Source: a virus. Taken from it: a DNA stretch of 64,000 nt. The notes beneath the pieces are model-generated. The model saw nothing but the letters and a program-made list of their open reading frames with translations. It was not told where the DNA came from and did no database searches. Positions 48,121-56,805 of this stretch are shown piece after piece. Within the stretch, counting starts at the first letter, position 1. Every line of letters begins with the position of its first letter. Where the stretch lies: positions 118,778 through 182,777 of IMG/VR virus record IMGVR_UViG_3300044695_008209. The stretch is one strand, 5' to 3'. The position numbers were made by a program, and so were the translations under genes.

Positions 48121-49016
48121 GACTCACGCTCCTCGAACCGTGTGCACTCGCATTCAGTGTGGTGGCCGCGGCAGGGGCCGAGGCGCTTGTCGGGGTCGTT
48201 CTTGCGGTAGTGGAAGTCGATGGCGTGCCCGCAGGTGGCGCAGTGGGGCGTGCCCTGCACTTCCTGCTGGTACTCCGCGCCGAAGGCGCCCATCACACTC
48301 CCGCAGCGCAGCGCCATCCCGCTGGAGGAGAAGTTGGTCGGCCCCTCCAGGAACTCCTTTGGGACGCCCAGGAGACCGAGCAGTTCCCGCTTCCTTGCCT
48401 CCGGCCAGAACACCTGCAGGTCGTCCTCTCCCTGCCCGATGTCTTGAGCGGTTCCTCCACCAGGCAGAGTGAACTCGGTGGTGATCTTGATGTCCGTACC
48501 CCTCATGTCGATACTGTGCGCGACAGCGACGTTCCTCGTGAAGGCGGTGTCGTCGATCTCACGCAGCCCAGCAAGACTTTCGCCGGACCACTCCTGTGCC
48601 TCCTCGTAGGCGGTGTTCACGGGGTCGACACCGCCCCCTCCGCTCCACGGCGTCTCCCTGAAGATCCTGTCGGCCTCCACGACCACGGCGACCGGCCGGG
48701 GTGGGAACTGCCCGTAACGATGCACCTCCCGCTCCGGCATCGAATCCATCTCGAAGATCCTGAAGCGGGGCTCCCGCATGGGCGCTGGAGTCACCGACTC
48801 GATGATGAAGGGTGCCTCGGTCGCGCGCTCGACCTTCAGGCCCGGGAACATCTCCGTCGCCGACCGGAGGCTCTCCGGACGCGGCACCGGCGGAGTCGGT
48901 GCCTTCCCGCACGACGGGCAGGTCGACCTCGACCCGTACACGCCCTCTGGTCCAGAGAGCCGGTGCAGGAACTCCGTGCCGCAGAACTCGCACGGGCGCC
49001 GCGTGACGACGCTCAC
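48117..49016 (-). CDS. Chimeric Zn-finger protein with a portal-like segment
   Basis: CEFC/CPSC at the N-terminus; TLPGG...EDDLQVF...LGVPKEFL; C-terminal CATCGH...H...C...CEC. Confidence 0.55.
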   Translation of the reverse strand: MSVVTRRPCEFCGTEFLHRLSGPEGVYGSRSTCPSCGKAPTPPVPRPESLRSATEMFPGLKVERATEAPFIIESVTPAPMREPRFRIFEMDSMPEREVHRYGQFPPRPVAVVVEADRIFRETPWSGGGGVDPVNTAYEEAQEWSGESLAGLREIDDTAFTRNVAVAHSIDMRGTDIKITTEFTLPGGGTAQDIGQGEDDLQVFWPEARKRELLGLLGVPKEFLEGPTNFSSSGMALRCGSVMGAFGAEYQQEVQGTPHCATCGHAIDFHYRKNDPDKRLGPCRGHHTECECTRFEERES

Positions 49017-49363
49017 AGGAGTGCCAGCAGCACGTGGTGCATGTTCTCACGAGGCTCACCGGCCTCCAGGCGCCGGCGGACGAGCGAGATCAGTTCCTCC
49101 AGCCCGTCGATAATCTTCCAGCTCAGCCAGTGTCCCCTGGCCTCGTACTCACCGAGCTCCGGCCCGCGCCAGTTCCCCTTCTCGTCCTTCCAGACGAAGA
49201 CGTACTGGTCTCCTGCGACGATCCACTGCTCGCGACGGACCACCGCCGGGTCGCCGACCTGCACGTCGTCCGGAGCTTCCTCGCAGGTGTCGGCGCCGTC
49301 GGACTTGACGAAGAGCACGGCCTTCCAGCCGTCGATGTTGAGTTGATCCATGAAGTCGGTCAT
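49013..49363 (-). CDS. Hypothetical protein
   Basis: GTGA overlap with the next gene. Confidence 0.55.
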   Translation of the reverse strand: MTDFMDQLNIDGWKAVLFVKSDGADTCEEAPDDVQVGDPAVVRREQWIVAGDQYVFVWKDEKGNWRGPELGEYEARGHWLSWKIIDGLEELISLVRRRLEAGEPRENMHHVLLALL

Positions 49364-49388
49364 GTAGCCCCTAAAGGAACAAGCGGGA

Positions 49389-49414
49389 GGCCCCCTCTCT
49401 CACGAGAGGGGGCC
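49389..49414 (-). terminator. Hairpin downstream of the 49424 gene
   Basis: ggccccctctc-tcac-gagagggggcc. Confidence 0.65.
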
Positions 49415-49423
49415 CGGTTGATC

Positions 49424-49843
49424 TCAGCCCAGAGACTCGCGGCGCTTCTTCAGCTCCTCGAGCGGCAGCTCCTTCTCCTCGCGGCCCTGGATGAGGGCGT
49501 CGAGGCGGTCGCGCTCCGACTTCGCGGCCGCGGCCACGGTCCTGGCCTTGTTCTCCTCCTGGCGGATCCTCGCGACCTCACGCAGGATGCTGACCTGCAG
49601 GGTCACCTGCACCAACTCCGCCGAGGGCGCGGTCGCGTCGGAGAGGATGCTCTCCCCGCGCAACTTGGTGAGGTCGTTCTGCCGGGCCAGCAGCGGTGCC
49701 CCGATGTTCTCGAGGGAGGGCTTCTTGGGGCTCTCCGCCGTCAGCGGGAGATCCCACAGGTCCTCGATGGTGAGCTGCCCGACGACGCTCGGGAAGCGCA
49801 GCCGCGCGCGGCTGGCCTGCAGGAAGATGTTGTTGATGTCCAT
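49424..49843 (-). CDS. Conserved phage protein (F..ASR..LRF...G.LT.EDLWDLPL type)
   Basis: RBS aggag; motif LTIEDLWDLPL followed by a coiled coil. Confidence 0.7.
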   Translation of the reverse strand: MDINNIFLQASRARLRFPSVVGQLTIEDLWDLPLTAESPKKPSLENIGAPLLARQNDLTKLRGESILSDATAPSAELVQVTLQVSILREVARIRQEENKARTVAAAAKSERDRLDALIQGREEKELPLEELKKRRESLG

Positions 49844-49857
49844 GGTGATCTCGCTCC

Positions 49858-51852
49858 TCAGAACTGTACGTTGTAGGTACGGGTGGTGCCGTCCTTCTGG
49901 ACGGCGAAGGTGGCGCGTTCGCGCCGGGTGGAAGAGAACCCGATCCCGGAGAGCTGATCGGGCGACGACTCGATCTGGAGCTTGCCGGCGAGGACCTCGA
50001 AGACCTTGCGGTGCTCGTTGAGGTCCGCGCGCAGGTACTCGTTGAAGAAGCCGCGAACCTGGCCCGGGTTGACGCAGCCCCGAAGCACGAAGATGTGGTG
50101 GCGGTTGCCCCGCCGCCTCTCCTCCGGGCCCCAGTGGTTGGGGGACAGCATGACGGTGTCGACCGGCACCATCTGCCCCGCGGCCACGCCCCACTTCTCC
50201 GTGGAGCTCCCCCCTCCGACCATGTGCTTGGCGAACGTGAGGTCGGAGATCTCTCCGCGACGCATCTCGAAGGTGCAGATCTCCACGTTCTCGCTGTGCC
50301 GGAGGGCCTTGGGGTAGGAGAGGTGGCGCACGTCGAGGCCAGAGGCGTACTCGACCTCGAACCCCACGTTCGTGCTCTCCCGCAGGTTGAACTGGTGGAC
50401 CCAGACCCGGTACTTGCCGTCGCGCGGGGTCCTCCAGGACAGGTTCTCCACGGGGGTCCGCGTCGTCCCGCTACCCGCGTTCATGTCGACGTCGAGGATG
50501 CCCATCTTGTTGCCGTAGTAGACGTGCCCGTCGGGGCACTCGCAGTGGATGTCCAGGTCGTCGAAGTTGGACCAGGACAGGGACATGCGGAGCTTGGCGT
50601 CGACGTTTCCGCCGGCGGCCTTGACCCGCTCCCGGATGGAGTCGGTGACGTTGCCGTCGTAGACCCACGCGAAGTCGTTGTCCCACTGGAAGAGCCGGCC
50701 GGTGCTCTCACTCTTGGGCGCCGTGAGGGACACGAAGTTCCCCAGGTGCTCCCGCTCGACGCGGACGCTCACCGTGCCGGCCCCGGGCAGGACCTCCTCG
50801 AAGAACTGCGCCGCGGTGATGTCGACCACCCCCTTGTCGGAGGGCGCACGGCTCCCCCTGACCTCCGACTGCAGCAGGTCAGCCAACCCGTTCTTCATCA
50901 GCGGCCGCACGCCGCGATCGACGAAGAGGACGTCGCTCGGGCTGACGTCGCTGATGACCGCGAACCGGCGGTGCACGGCATCCTCGAGACCGAGTTCCTT
51001 CAGGGTGTCCACCGCCTTGGACACCATCCCCGTCGTGATGGGTGCGGAGCTACGCCGGTAGTTGTGAGGCGCCACCTTCGACTCGAAGCGACCCACCGCC
51101 TGTCCGATCTCCATCCCCTCCGACAGGTCCTGCACCAGGGTACCCACCACGGTGTTCCGGAAGCGAGCGCCGCGCGCGTGGAGGTTGCTCCACACGAAGT
51201 TCGCCCGCGCGGTTGCCGGGAGCGCGTCGTAGCGGCGCTTGAGGTCCGCGAAGTCCCGGACGGCCGGCAGGTGCTCCTCTCCCCGATAGAGGGAGTTGCC
51301 CACGATGAGGTCCTCGACCGTCTCGAGGGCGCGGGGAGTCAGCTCCTCCAGGCCACGCCCCAGGACCTGCCTGATGGCGGCGAACTTCCCCTGCTCCTCA
51401 CCCACGTCCTGCACCACCAGGCGAGAGGGCACCTGCCCGTGGAGGTGGTGCCAGGTGATCGCGGGACCGCCCTCGACCTTCTCCTCGTTCGAGCGGACGC
51501 CGTAGGAGGTCTCCCGGGCACGGTAGACGCGGTCGATGGAACCGCAGCGCACGAACTCGGCCATCCGGTCTGCGACGACTCCGTAGGTGCCCGAGACCTC
51601 GATGTCCCAGACCGTCTGGTAGTTGTTCCCGTTGAGCACAACGACGCCGCCGAGCCCCTTGATGAACTGCCGGCACGCCGCGCAGTCGTGCTCCGTCCGC
51701 TGACGGAAGATGGGGTTGGTCCCTTCCGGGAAGGACGCGAGGTAGGTGGCCCACAGGTCGTCGCGCGTGGCGTCGACGTGGAACACTTCACCGCTCTGGG
51801 TGATCTGATGGAACCGGGCATGTACCAGCCCAGCGAACGTGCGGAAATCCAT
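49858..51852 (-). CDS. Conserved large phage protein with a HDC..CRQF Zn motif and a C-terminal DLD.H...LDVD (YfaP/DUF2135-like) domain
   Basis: EHDCAACRQFIK; WSNFDDLDIHC...LDVDMNAG...PVEN. Confidence 0.7.
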   Translation of the reverse strand: MDFRTFAGLVHARFHQITQSGEVFHVDATRDDLWATYLASFPEGTNPIFRQRTEHDCAACRQFIKGLGGVVVLNGNNYQTVWDIEVSGTYGVVADRMAEFVRCGSIDRVYRARETSYGVRSNEEKVEGGPAITWHHLHGQVPSRLVVQDVGEEQGKFAAIRQVLGRGLEELTPRALETVEDLIVGNSLYRGEEHLPAVRDFADLKRRYDALPATARANFVWSNLHARGARFRNTVVGTLVQDLSEGMEIGQAVGRFESKVAPHNYRRSSAPITTGMVSKAVDTLKELGLEDAVHRRFAVISDVSPSDVLFVDRGVRPLMKNGLADLLQSEVRGSRAPSDKGVVDITAAQFFEEVLPGAGTVSVRVEREHLGNFVSLTAPKSESTGRLFQWDNDFAWVYDGNVTDSIRERVKAAGGNVDAKLRMSLSWSNFDDLDIHCECPDGHVYYGNKMGILDVDMNAGSGTTRTPVENLSWRTPRDGKYRVWVHQFNLRESTNVGFEVEYASGLDVRHLSYPKALRHSENVEICTFEMRRGEISDLTFAKHMVGGGSSTEKWGVAAGQMVPVDTVMLSPNHWGPEERRRGNRHHIFVLRGCVNPGQVRGFFNEYLRADLNEHRKVFEVLAGKLQIESSPDQLSGIGFSSTRRERATFAVQKDGTTRTYNVQF

Positions 51853-51898
51853 GTTGACCTCGATGACGAGAGTGATGCTGCCTGTTGACAGCACCACT

Positions 51899-51925
51899 CT
51901 TATGCGAGGAAAGACGCCTGTTTTC
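51899..51925 (-). promoter_or_regulatory. Putative phage promoter GAAAAC-N15-CATAAG
   Basis: Intergenic; 47 nt upstream of 51852. Confidence 0.55.
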
Positions 51926-52605
51926 TACGACGCTCCGGTACCGTCCATGTAGCGCGCTTCGAGCGCGATCAGGAAGTAGGGGAGGGAGGGGGTCATCTCC
52001 TCTGGCGTGAGCTGCTGGAGCTCGGTGAGGAGCTGCCACCTGTGGCCTCGGTGGGATCGAGGGTCTACCCGGAGCGCCCCCGAGGCCATCACCTCGTAGA
52101 GGGAGACGACGAACCGCCGTCCGTGGGGGTTCGTGAGGACGGGTGTCCGCGTGAGGAGGTTCCCCACGACCGCCTCAACGCCCAGCTCCTCGCGGAGCTC
52201 GCGACGCAGGGCTTCCTCGTGCGTCTGATCCTCCTCGACCTTCCCGCCCGGCATCTCCCACAGCCCGTCGTAGTCCCCGACGCGCTGCGCGGTGAAGAAC
52301 GCCCCTGCAGCGTTCCGCAGGCACCCCGCCACCACCTCGATGACGGGAAGCCGGCTCAGCGCCTGGCGGAGCTCGCTCGCGTGGTGTGCCTCGAGTTCTG
52401 GCAAGAACTTCGCCCAGCACTCGTCGCAGGCGAAGCTCTCTACCACCGACATTTTCACCTGCGTCCCAGGCAGGCTGTAGAGCTTCGTCGGCTCATAGAG
52501 CCGGCTTTTCGCTGGCCGCTTGCAACTGTACGGCGTGCCCAGGCGAGGGCGATGACAGGGATGCTCACCCTGTCCGTCCCACCCACATCGACAAGTTGGG
52601 TTCAT
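51925..52605 (-). CDS. Nudix (MutT-like) hydrolase with an N-terminal Cys/His domain
   Basis: Nudix box PGGKVEEDQTHEEALRRELREELG; ATGA-coupled to thyX. Confidence 0.85.
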   Translation of the reverse strand: MNPTCRCGWDGQGEHPCHRPRLGTPYSCKRPAKSRLYEPTKLYSLPGTQVKMSVVESFACDECWAKFLPELEAHHASELRQALSRLPVIEVVAGCLRNAAGAFFTAQRVGDYDGLWEMPGGKVEEDQTHEEALRRELREELGVEAVVGNLLTRTPVLTNPHGRRFVVSLYEVMASGALRVDPRSHRGHRWQLLTELQQLTPEEMTPSLPYFLIALEARYMDGTGAS

Positions 52606-53510
52606 GCGAGCCTCAGCTTCTTGAGGAAGGCATGGCGGTCGCGGCCGCTGCCCACGCCGTGGCGGTCCAGCATCTCCTCCAGGATGCCCTTCAGGTGCGC
52701 GTCCGGGTCCCGGTTGTCGCTGGCGGACAGGTCGTCCTGGAAGGACTTCCAGTCCTGGACGATGTCGAGGAGCATCGCCATGTCCTGCTTGCTGAAGGTC
52801 ACCGCCTCCAGCTGGAAGTCGGTGAACGCCTCGGCCGTGAGCGGGCACCAGTCCTGCACGATCTTCCAGATCGCCTCTGCGTACTGCCGGACCTCCCACT
52901 GCGCGTGCGGGTCGAGGCGCAACTTGAGCATGTGCAGGAGGTTGTGCAGATCCCACGTGGTCACCCAGTGGGTGTAGGTCGAGACCGGCAGCCCCATGCG
53001 CGCCGTCTCCAGTGCCATCCCCGCCTCGACGAACTGGTGGTAGGTGGCGAAGGCGTCGTCCGCCTCGTCGACCATCTGGTTGCGGAGCTGCACCGCTTCC
53101 TCGAGCGGGAACGGACCCGCACGGCCCTGCTTGTTGTCGGTGGCCTGGTAGCAGATCTGGGACACCGGGGGCGTGTAGTACTCCTCCGGGAGCACCGAGT
53201 ACCGACCCGACACCTCGTTCAGGGACTGCGTCCGGTGGCGCACGAGCTGGCGCGCCACGAAGATGGGCAGCTTGATGTCGAGGGTGATGACCGCCTGCTC
53301 GAAGGGGCTGGTGTGACGGTGTCGCATCAGGTAGCGGAGCAACCCGCGGGTGTCGGACCTCTTCCGTCCGCCCTCGTACGAGAGGCGGGCCACCTGCTCG
53401 ATGCGCTCGTCGCTGCCCATGCAGTCGACGAAGAAGACATGCCCGATCCCGTCGAGCAGCTTCATCTTGTAATCCTGGCCGTACACGTTCCTCAGTCCTT
53501 CGGCGTTCAC
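52602..53510 (-). CDS. thyX: Flavin-dependent thymidylate synthase
   Basis: HTSPFEQ, RQLVRHRTQSLNEVSGRYS, ARMGLP, R...HAQWEVR. Confidence 0.93.
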   Translation of the reverse strand: MNAEGLRNVYGQDYKMKLLDGIGHVFFVDCMGSDERIEQVARLSYEGGRKRSDTRGLLRYLMRHRHTSPFEQAVITLDIKLPIFVARQLVRHRTQSLNEVSGRYSVLPEEYYTPPVSQICYQATDNKQGRAGPFPLEEAVQLRNQMVDEADDAFATYHQFVEAGMALETARMGLPVSTYTHWVTTWDLHNLLHMLKLRLDPHAQWEVRQYAEAIWKIVQDWCPLTAEAFTDFQLEAVTFSKQDMAMLLDIVQDWKSFQDDLSASDNRDPDAHLKGILEEMLDRHGVGSGRDRHAFLKKLRLA

Positions 53511-53815
53511 GGGATCTCCTTGGCCACACAGAGGCGGCGCGGTTCGTTGGGACCCTCGACCACCATGAGGCGGTAGCCGGGGCAGTAGTACATGAAGAGG
53601 TCGTTCAGGATGCCGAAGGCCGAGACCTCGAGCATCCCCTCCTCGCCGCTTCGACACACGACCTTGGCGCCACCGTTCCGCGCGCTCTCCATCTCATCCC
53701 GGAACGTGAGGGCAAGCCCTTCAGCCGCTCCAGCCCCGTCCCGTACCCGATCACGTGTACGGAAGAGGCTCTCGTCCACCTCGTCGGGGATGCTGTCGAG
53801 TTTCTCGAGTTTCAT
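53507..53815 (-). CDS. Hypothetical protein
   Basis: Coupled on both sides. Confidence 0.55.
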   Translation of the reverse strand: MKLEKLDSIPDEVDESLFRTRDRVRDGAGAAEGLALTFRDEMESARNGGAKVVCRSGEEGMLEVSAFGILNDLFMYYCPGYRLMVVEGPNEPRRLCVAKEIP

Positions 53816-54000
53816 CGCTTCTTCCTCTGCGCCCTACGGCGCTGTTCTCTGTTCAACGGGGGCGCCGGCACGAGGTCGGCAGGGATTCTCTGCTCCCACG
53901 GGAAGGGAGTCGCGTCGGTGTTGCTGATCGACAGGACGTAGGGCCCGGTCGTGGCGTTGGTGTACGGGAAAGCCGGCTTGTCGCTCACGGTCTCTTCCAT
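53812..54000 (-). CDS. Small hypothetical protein (ends LNREQRRRAQRKKR)
   Basis: RBS gagg; ATGA-coupled. Confidence 0.5.
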   Translation of the reverse strand: MEETVSDKPAFPYTNATTGPYVLSISNTDATPFPWEQRIPADLVPAPPLNREQRRRAQRKKR

Positions 54001-54099
54001 GCGGCCTCCGCGCGTCGCTTCTTGTTGTCCAGGTACCGAAAAAGGACCTGCACGGGGATGGAGACCACCCCGCGCAGGACCCAGATCAGACAGCCGGGG

Positions 54100-54465
54100 C
54101 TACCCCTCGGCCTTGGCACCACTGCCCCCGCGGAGGAACGCTGCCTGCTGCTGTTGCAGCTCGAAGGCACCAGCCTTCACGGACTCAGTCACGGCACCCA
54201 CCGCCTGGTGGAGCGTAAGCCCGGTGTACCGCATGAGCAGCTGGATGAGCGCCCGCTGCGTGTTGTCGACGAAGACGGCGGCCATCCGGTGCTCCGGGAT
54301 CCCCTTCTCGGGGTTCCCCGTCACGTTGGCGATGATGGGGAGGTCGGAGACGTCGCCGGTGGGGTCGTTGGTGACTGTCCCGAAGAAGAACGTGTCGACC
54401 CCGTGCTTCTCGAAGAGCGCGAGGAGTTCGGTCTGGAACGCGGGGAACTTCTTGGTGGAGATCAT
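54100..54465 (-). CDS. Hypothetical protein
   Basis: ATGA-coupled to the VWA gene. Confidence 0.55.
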   Translation of the reverse strand: MISTKKFPAFQTELLALFEKHGVDTFFFGTVTNDPTGDVSDLPIIANVTGNPEKGIPEHRMAAVFVDNTQRALIQLLMRYTGLTLHQAVGAVTESVKAGAFELQQQQAAFLRGGSGAKAEG

Positions 54466-56390
54466 GTGCGTGCGAGTCCTTTCTGGATGTGAGCGGCAGC
54501 GAGGATGCGGATGGCCTTGGGCAGCTCGACGGCGACCTCGTCGAACGAGCTGACCATGCCGTACCCACCCACGCCGAACGCGGTGTTGTACTGGATGGTG
54601 GCCTGCTCCACCGTGGTGCTGGTGTGGCGGATGGCCAGGGTGGAGAGGGGGATCTTGTCTGCCCGCATCTCAGAGAGGACTGCGTGCAGGTCCGTGAGGG
54701 GGTTTCCGGTGCTGTTGCGTGCGCGGACGCTGGTCGGCCAGCCGTCCGTCACGAGCATCACCGCGCGCTTCGTGGGTGCCTTCGCGCCCCACTTGTGCGC
54801 GACGTCGAGCGCCTGCACCGTGCAGGTCGACCCGTACCGGATGCCGGACGTCGTGGGCCCGCCGACCTTGTCGAAGATGTAGAGGGCGTCGGAGAACCCC
54901 CACATGAATGCCTTCGACCGGATGGCCTGCACCGCGAAGATGGAGTCCGCCAGCGCCCGCTCGGTCAACGGGAGGGCCTGCCCCATCGTCATCGAGCCGC
55001 TGACGTCGAAGAGGAACAGCAGCTCGAACTTCGCCACCCGCACCGTCTTGTCGTAGAAGGGGCGGTCCAGCTCGCCGGCACCCAGGGCGCCCAGGAACCG
55101 ATCGCTGTTGAAGTCGCCCTCGAAGTCGCGCTTCCGGCGCTTCTGCATGCGCAGTTGCTCGAGGATCCTCCGGTTCTCGTACCCGACCTGGGTGGGACCC
55201 GGGAGCTCGCGCGTGGGGGTCACGTGCCGGATGGGGATTCCGACCTCCTGGGACCACCCCAGGTGCGTCACGGCGTTCGACTCGTCCGGCGTGTCCTGCC
55301 GGCGCATCATCGCCCTCCTGGCCTCCTCCAGGCGGTCCTGGAGGTCGTCCGCGCCCTGGGCCATGATGAGGCCGAAGGGCGTGGTGCCCGACTCGTCCGT
55401 CTCCTTGTCGTCAGCGCTCAGGAGCTTGTCGATGGCGATCATCTGGCGGTGCTGCTTCCGCTCCGCCTTCTCACCCTGGCTGCCCGGCTTCGGGCGCGGC
55501 ACGTTGCCGCCGATCTCGCCCTTGGACTCTCCGTCCGAGGGCGCGTGCGGTCCCGTCCGCGGAACCATGGAGAGGAGGAGCTTGAGCAGGTGCAGCGCCT
55601 GCTGCTTCCGCTCTTCCCGTTGCTGCGCGGGCCCGCTACCACCTCCCTGCGGAGGCGGCGGGTTGTTCGCCACGAGCGCGTCGGAGATCTCTTCGACGAG
55701 CCGGGAGACGATGGCCAGGCACGCGACGCCGTCTACCCCCTCCACCAGGTTCAGCGCGCGCCGCATGGGGCGCCGACAGTCCTGGAAGTTCTGGGGCGCC
55801 TCCGGCGTCTCCACACCGGCGGCGTAGGCCCCGAGGAACGCGAGGAGGTTGACCTTCTTGGTCTCCAGCGACATGTCGTGCTCGCTGATGTCGTGCCACC
55901 GCTGCTGCAGCAGGGCACCGCCACCGCGGTAGATCTGGCTCCACGCCCAACAGCACCGCCAGTCCTCGACGATGTTCCACAGGTGGTGGATTACCTTGAA
56001 GAGGTGCTTCTCGTACGGCAGCGCCTCGTTGGTGCCCAGAGCCGCGCCGGCGGCATTCAGGAGCTTGCTCGCGAGCTTCTCCACGAACTTCTGAGCCATG
56101 ACGACGTCGGTCTCGAACAACCAGTGCGAGAGCTCGTGCTCTGTGACCAGGTACCCCTCGGGGTCCTGGAGCGGCGCCCAGATCGTGCTCGAGCAGTCCG
56201 TCTTCCCTCCCTCCGGGAAGCTGTCGACGAGCTTGATCTCCTTCACGTCGAGGAGGCCCGCGTAGGCGCGGATCAGGTTCTCTGCCCTCTGGCGGATGTA
56301 CTCGGCATCCCCGGTCATGGGACCGAGGTCGAGTTCCGGCCGCTTGCGCGCCGGTGGGGGAGTGGCCCCGAGGCCCTGCGTGGTCATCAT
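54462..56390 (-). CDS. VWA (CobT-like) protein with an N-terminal HExxH metallopeptidase-like domain
   Basis: EHELSHWLF, WNIVEDWRC; MIDAS FDVSGSM, T, VTDG; RBS aggag. Confidence 0.85.
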   Translation of the reverse strand: MMTTQGLGATPPPARKRPELDLGPMTGDAEYIRQRAENLIRAYAGLLDVKEIKLVDSFPEGGKTDCSSTIWAPLQDPEGYLVTEHELSHWLFETDVVMAQKFVEKLASKLLNAAGAALGTNEALPYEKHLFKVIHHLWNIVEDWRCCWAWSQIYRGGGALLQQRWHDISEHDMSLETKKVNLLAFLGAYAAGVETPEAPQNFQDCRRPMRRALNLVEGVDGVACLAIVSRLVEEISDALVANNPPPPQGGGSGPAQQREERKQQALHLLKLLLSMVPRTGPHAPSDGESKGEIGGNVPRPKPGSQGEKAERKQHRQMIAIDKLLSADDKETDESGTTPFGLIMAQGADDLQDRLEEARRAMMRRQDTPDESNAVTHLGWSQEVGIPIRHVTPTRELPGPTQVGYENRRILEQLRMQKRRKRDFEGDFNSDRFLGALGAGELDRPFYDKTVRVAKFELLFLFDVSGSMTMGQALPLTERALADSIFAVQAIRSKAFMWGFSDALYIFDKVGGPTTSGIRYGSTCTVQALDVAHKWGAKAPTKRAVMLVTDGWPTSVRARNSTGNPLTDLHAVLSEMRADKIPLSTLAIRHTSTTVEQATIQYNTAFGVGGYGMVSSFDEVAVELPKAIRILAAAHIQKGLART

Positions 56391-56581
56391 GCCGACTCCT
56401 GGAGCTCGTTGAAGAGGGTGAAGAAGCGCTCGCGCGCTTCCAGTGGGGAGAGGGGCACGATGGTGTACTCGAGCGCCGGCGGCAGGCTCGCCCACGCGCG
56501 GACGCGCTTCCCCTCCCACGAGGTGTGCGGCATCAGGTCTCGCTTCTCGGTGGCCAGTACCTCATTGTCCGCGAGGTGCAT
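56387..56581 (-). CDS. Small hypothetical protein
   Basis: RBS ggag; coupled to the VWA gene. Confidence 0.5.
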   Translation of the reverse strand: MHLADNEVLATEKRDLMPHTSWEGKRVRAWASLPPALEYTIVPLSPLEARERFFTLFNELQESA

Positions 56582-56782
56582 CTACTCCTCCTTCTTGGGC
56601 TTGGCTGCGCGGATCGTGCCGGGCTTCCGGATCATCTTCACGCCCACCTGCCCGATGAACCCGCAGGAGCAGATGTAGAACGCCGGTAGGCCGGTCGGGC
56701 CCTCAGAGTGCGAGAGCAGGGTGACCGGCTTCTCGCAGCCAGGGCAGAACGAGCTCTCTTGGACCCGTGCGGTGTACGGCAT
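56582..56782 (-). CDS. Small Zn-ribbon protein
   Basis: CPGC...CSC. Confidence 0.55.
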   Translation of the reverse strand: MPYTARVQESSFCPGCEKPVTLLSHSEGPTGLPAFYICSCGFIGQVGVKMIRKPGTIRAAKPKKEE

Positions 56783-56805
56783 CTACGCCCCCTCTCCGTG
56801 GATGA

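Noticed and set aside
51925-53529. 534-aa ORF as a large Nudix fusion
   Set aside because: The upstream part overlaps thyX out of frame; the true start is the ATGA-coupled ATG at 52605.
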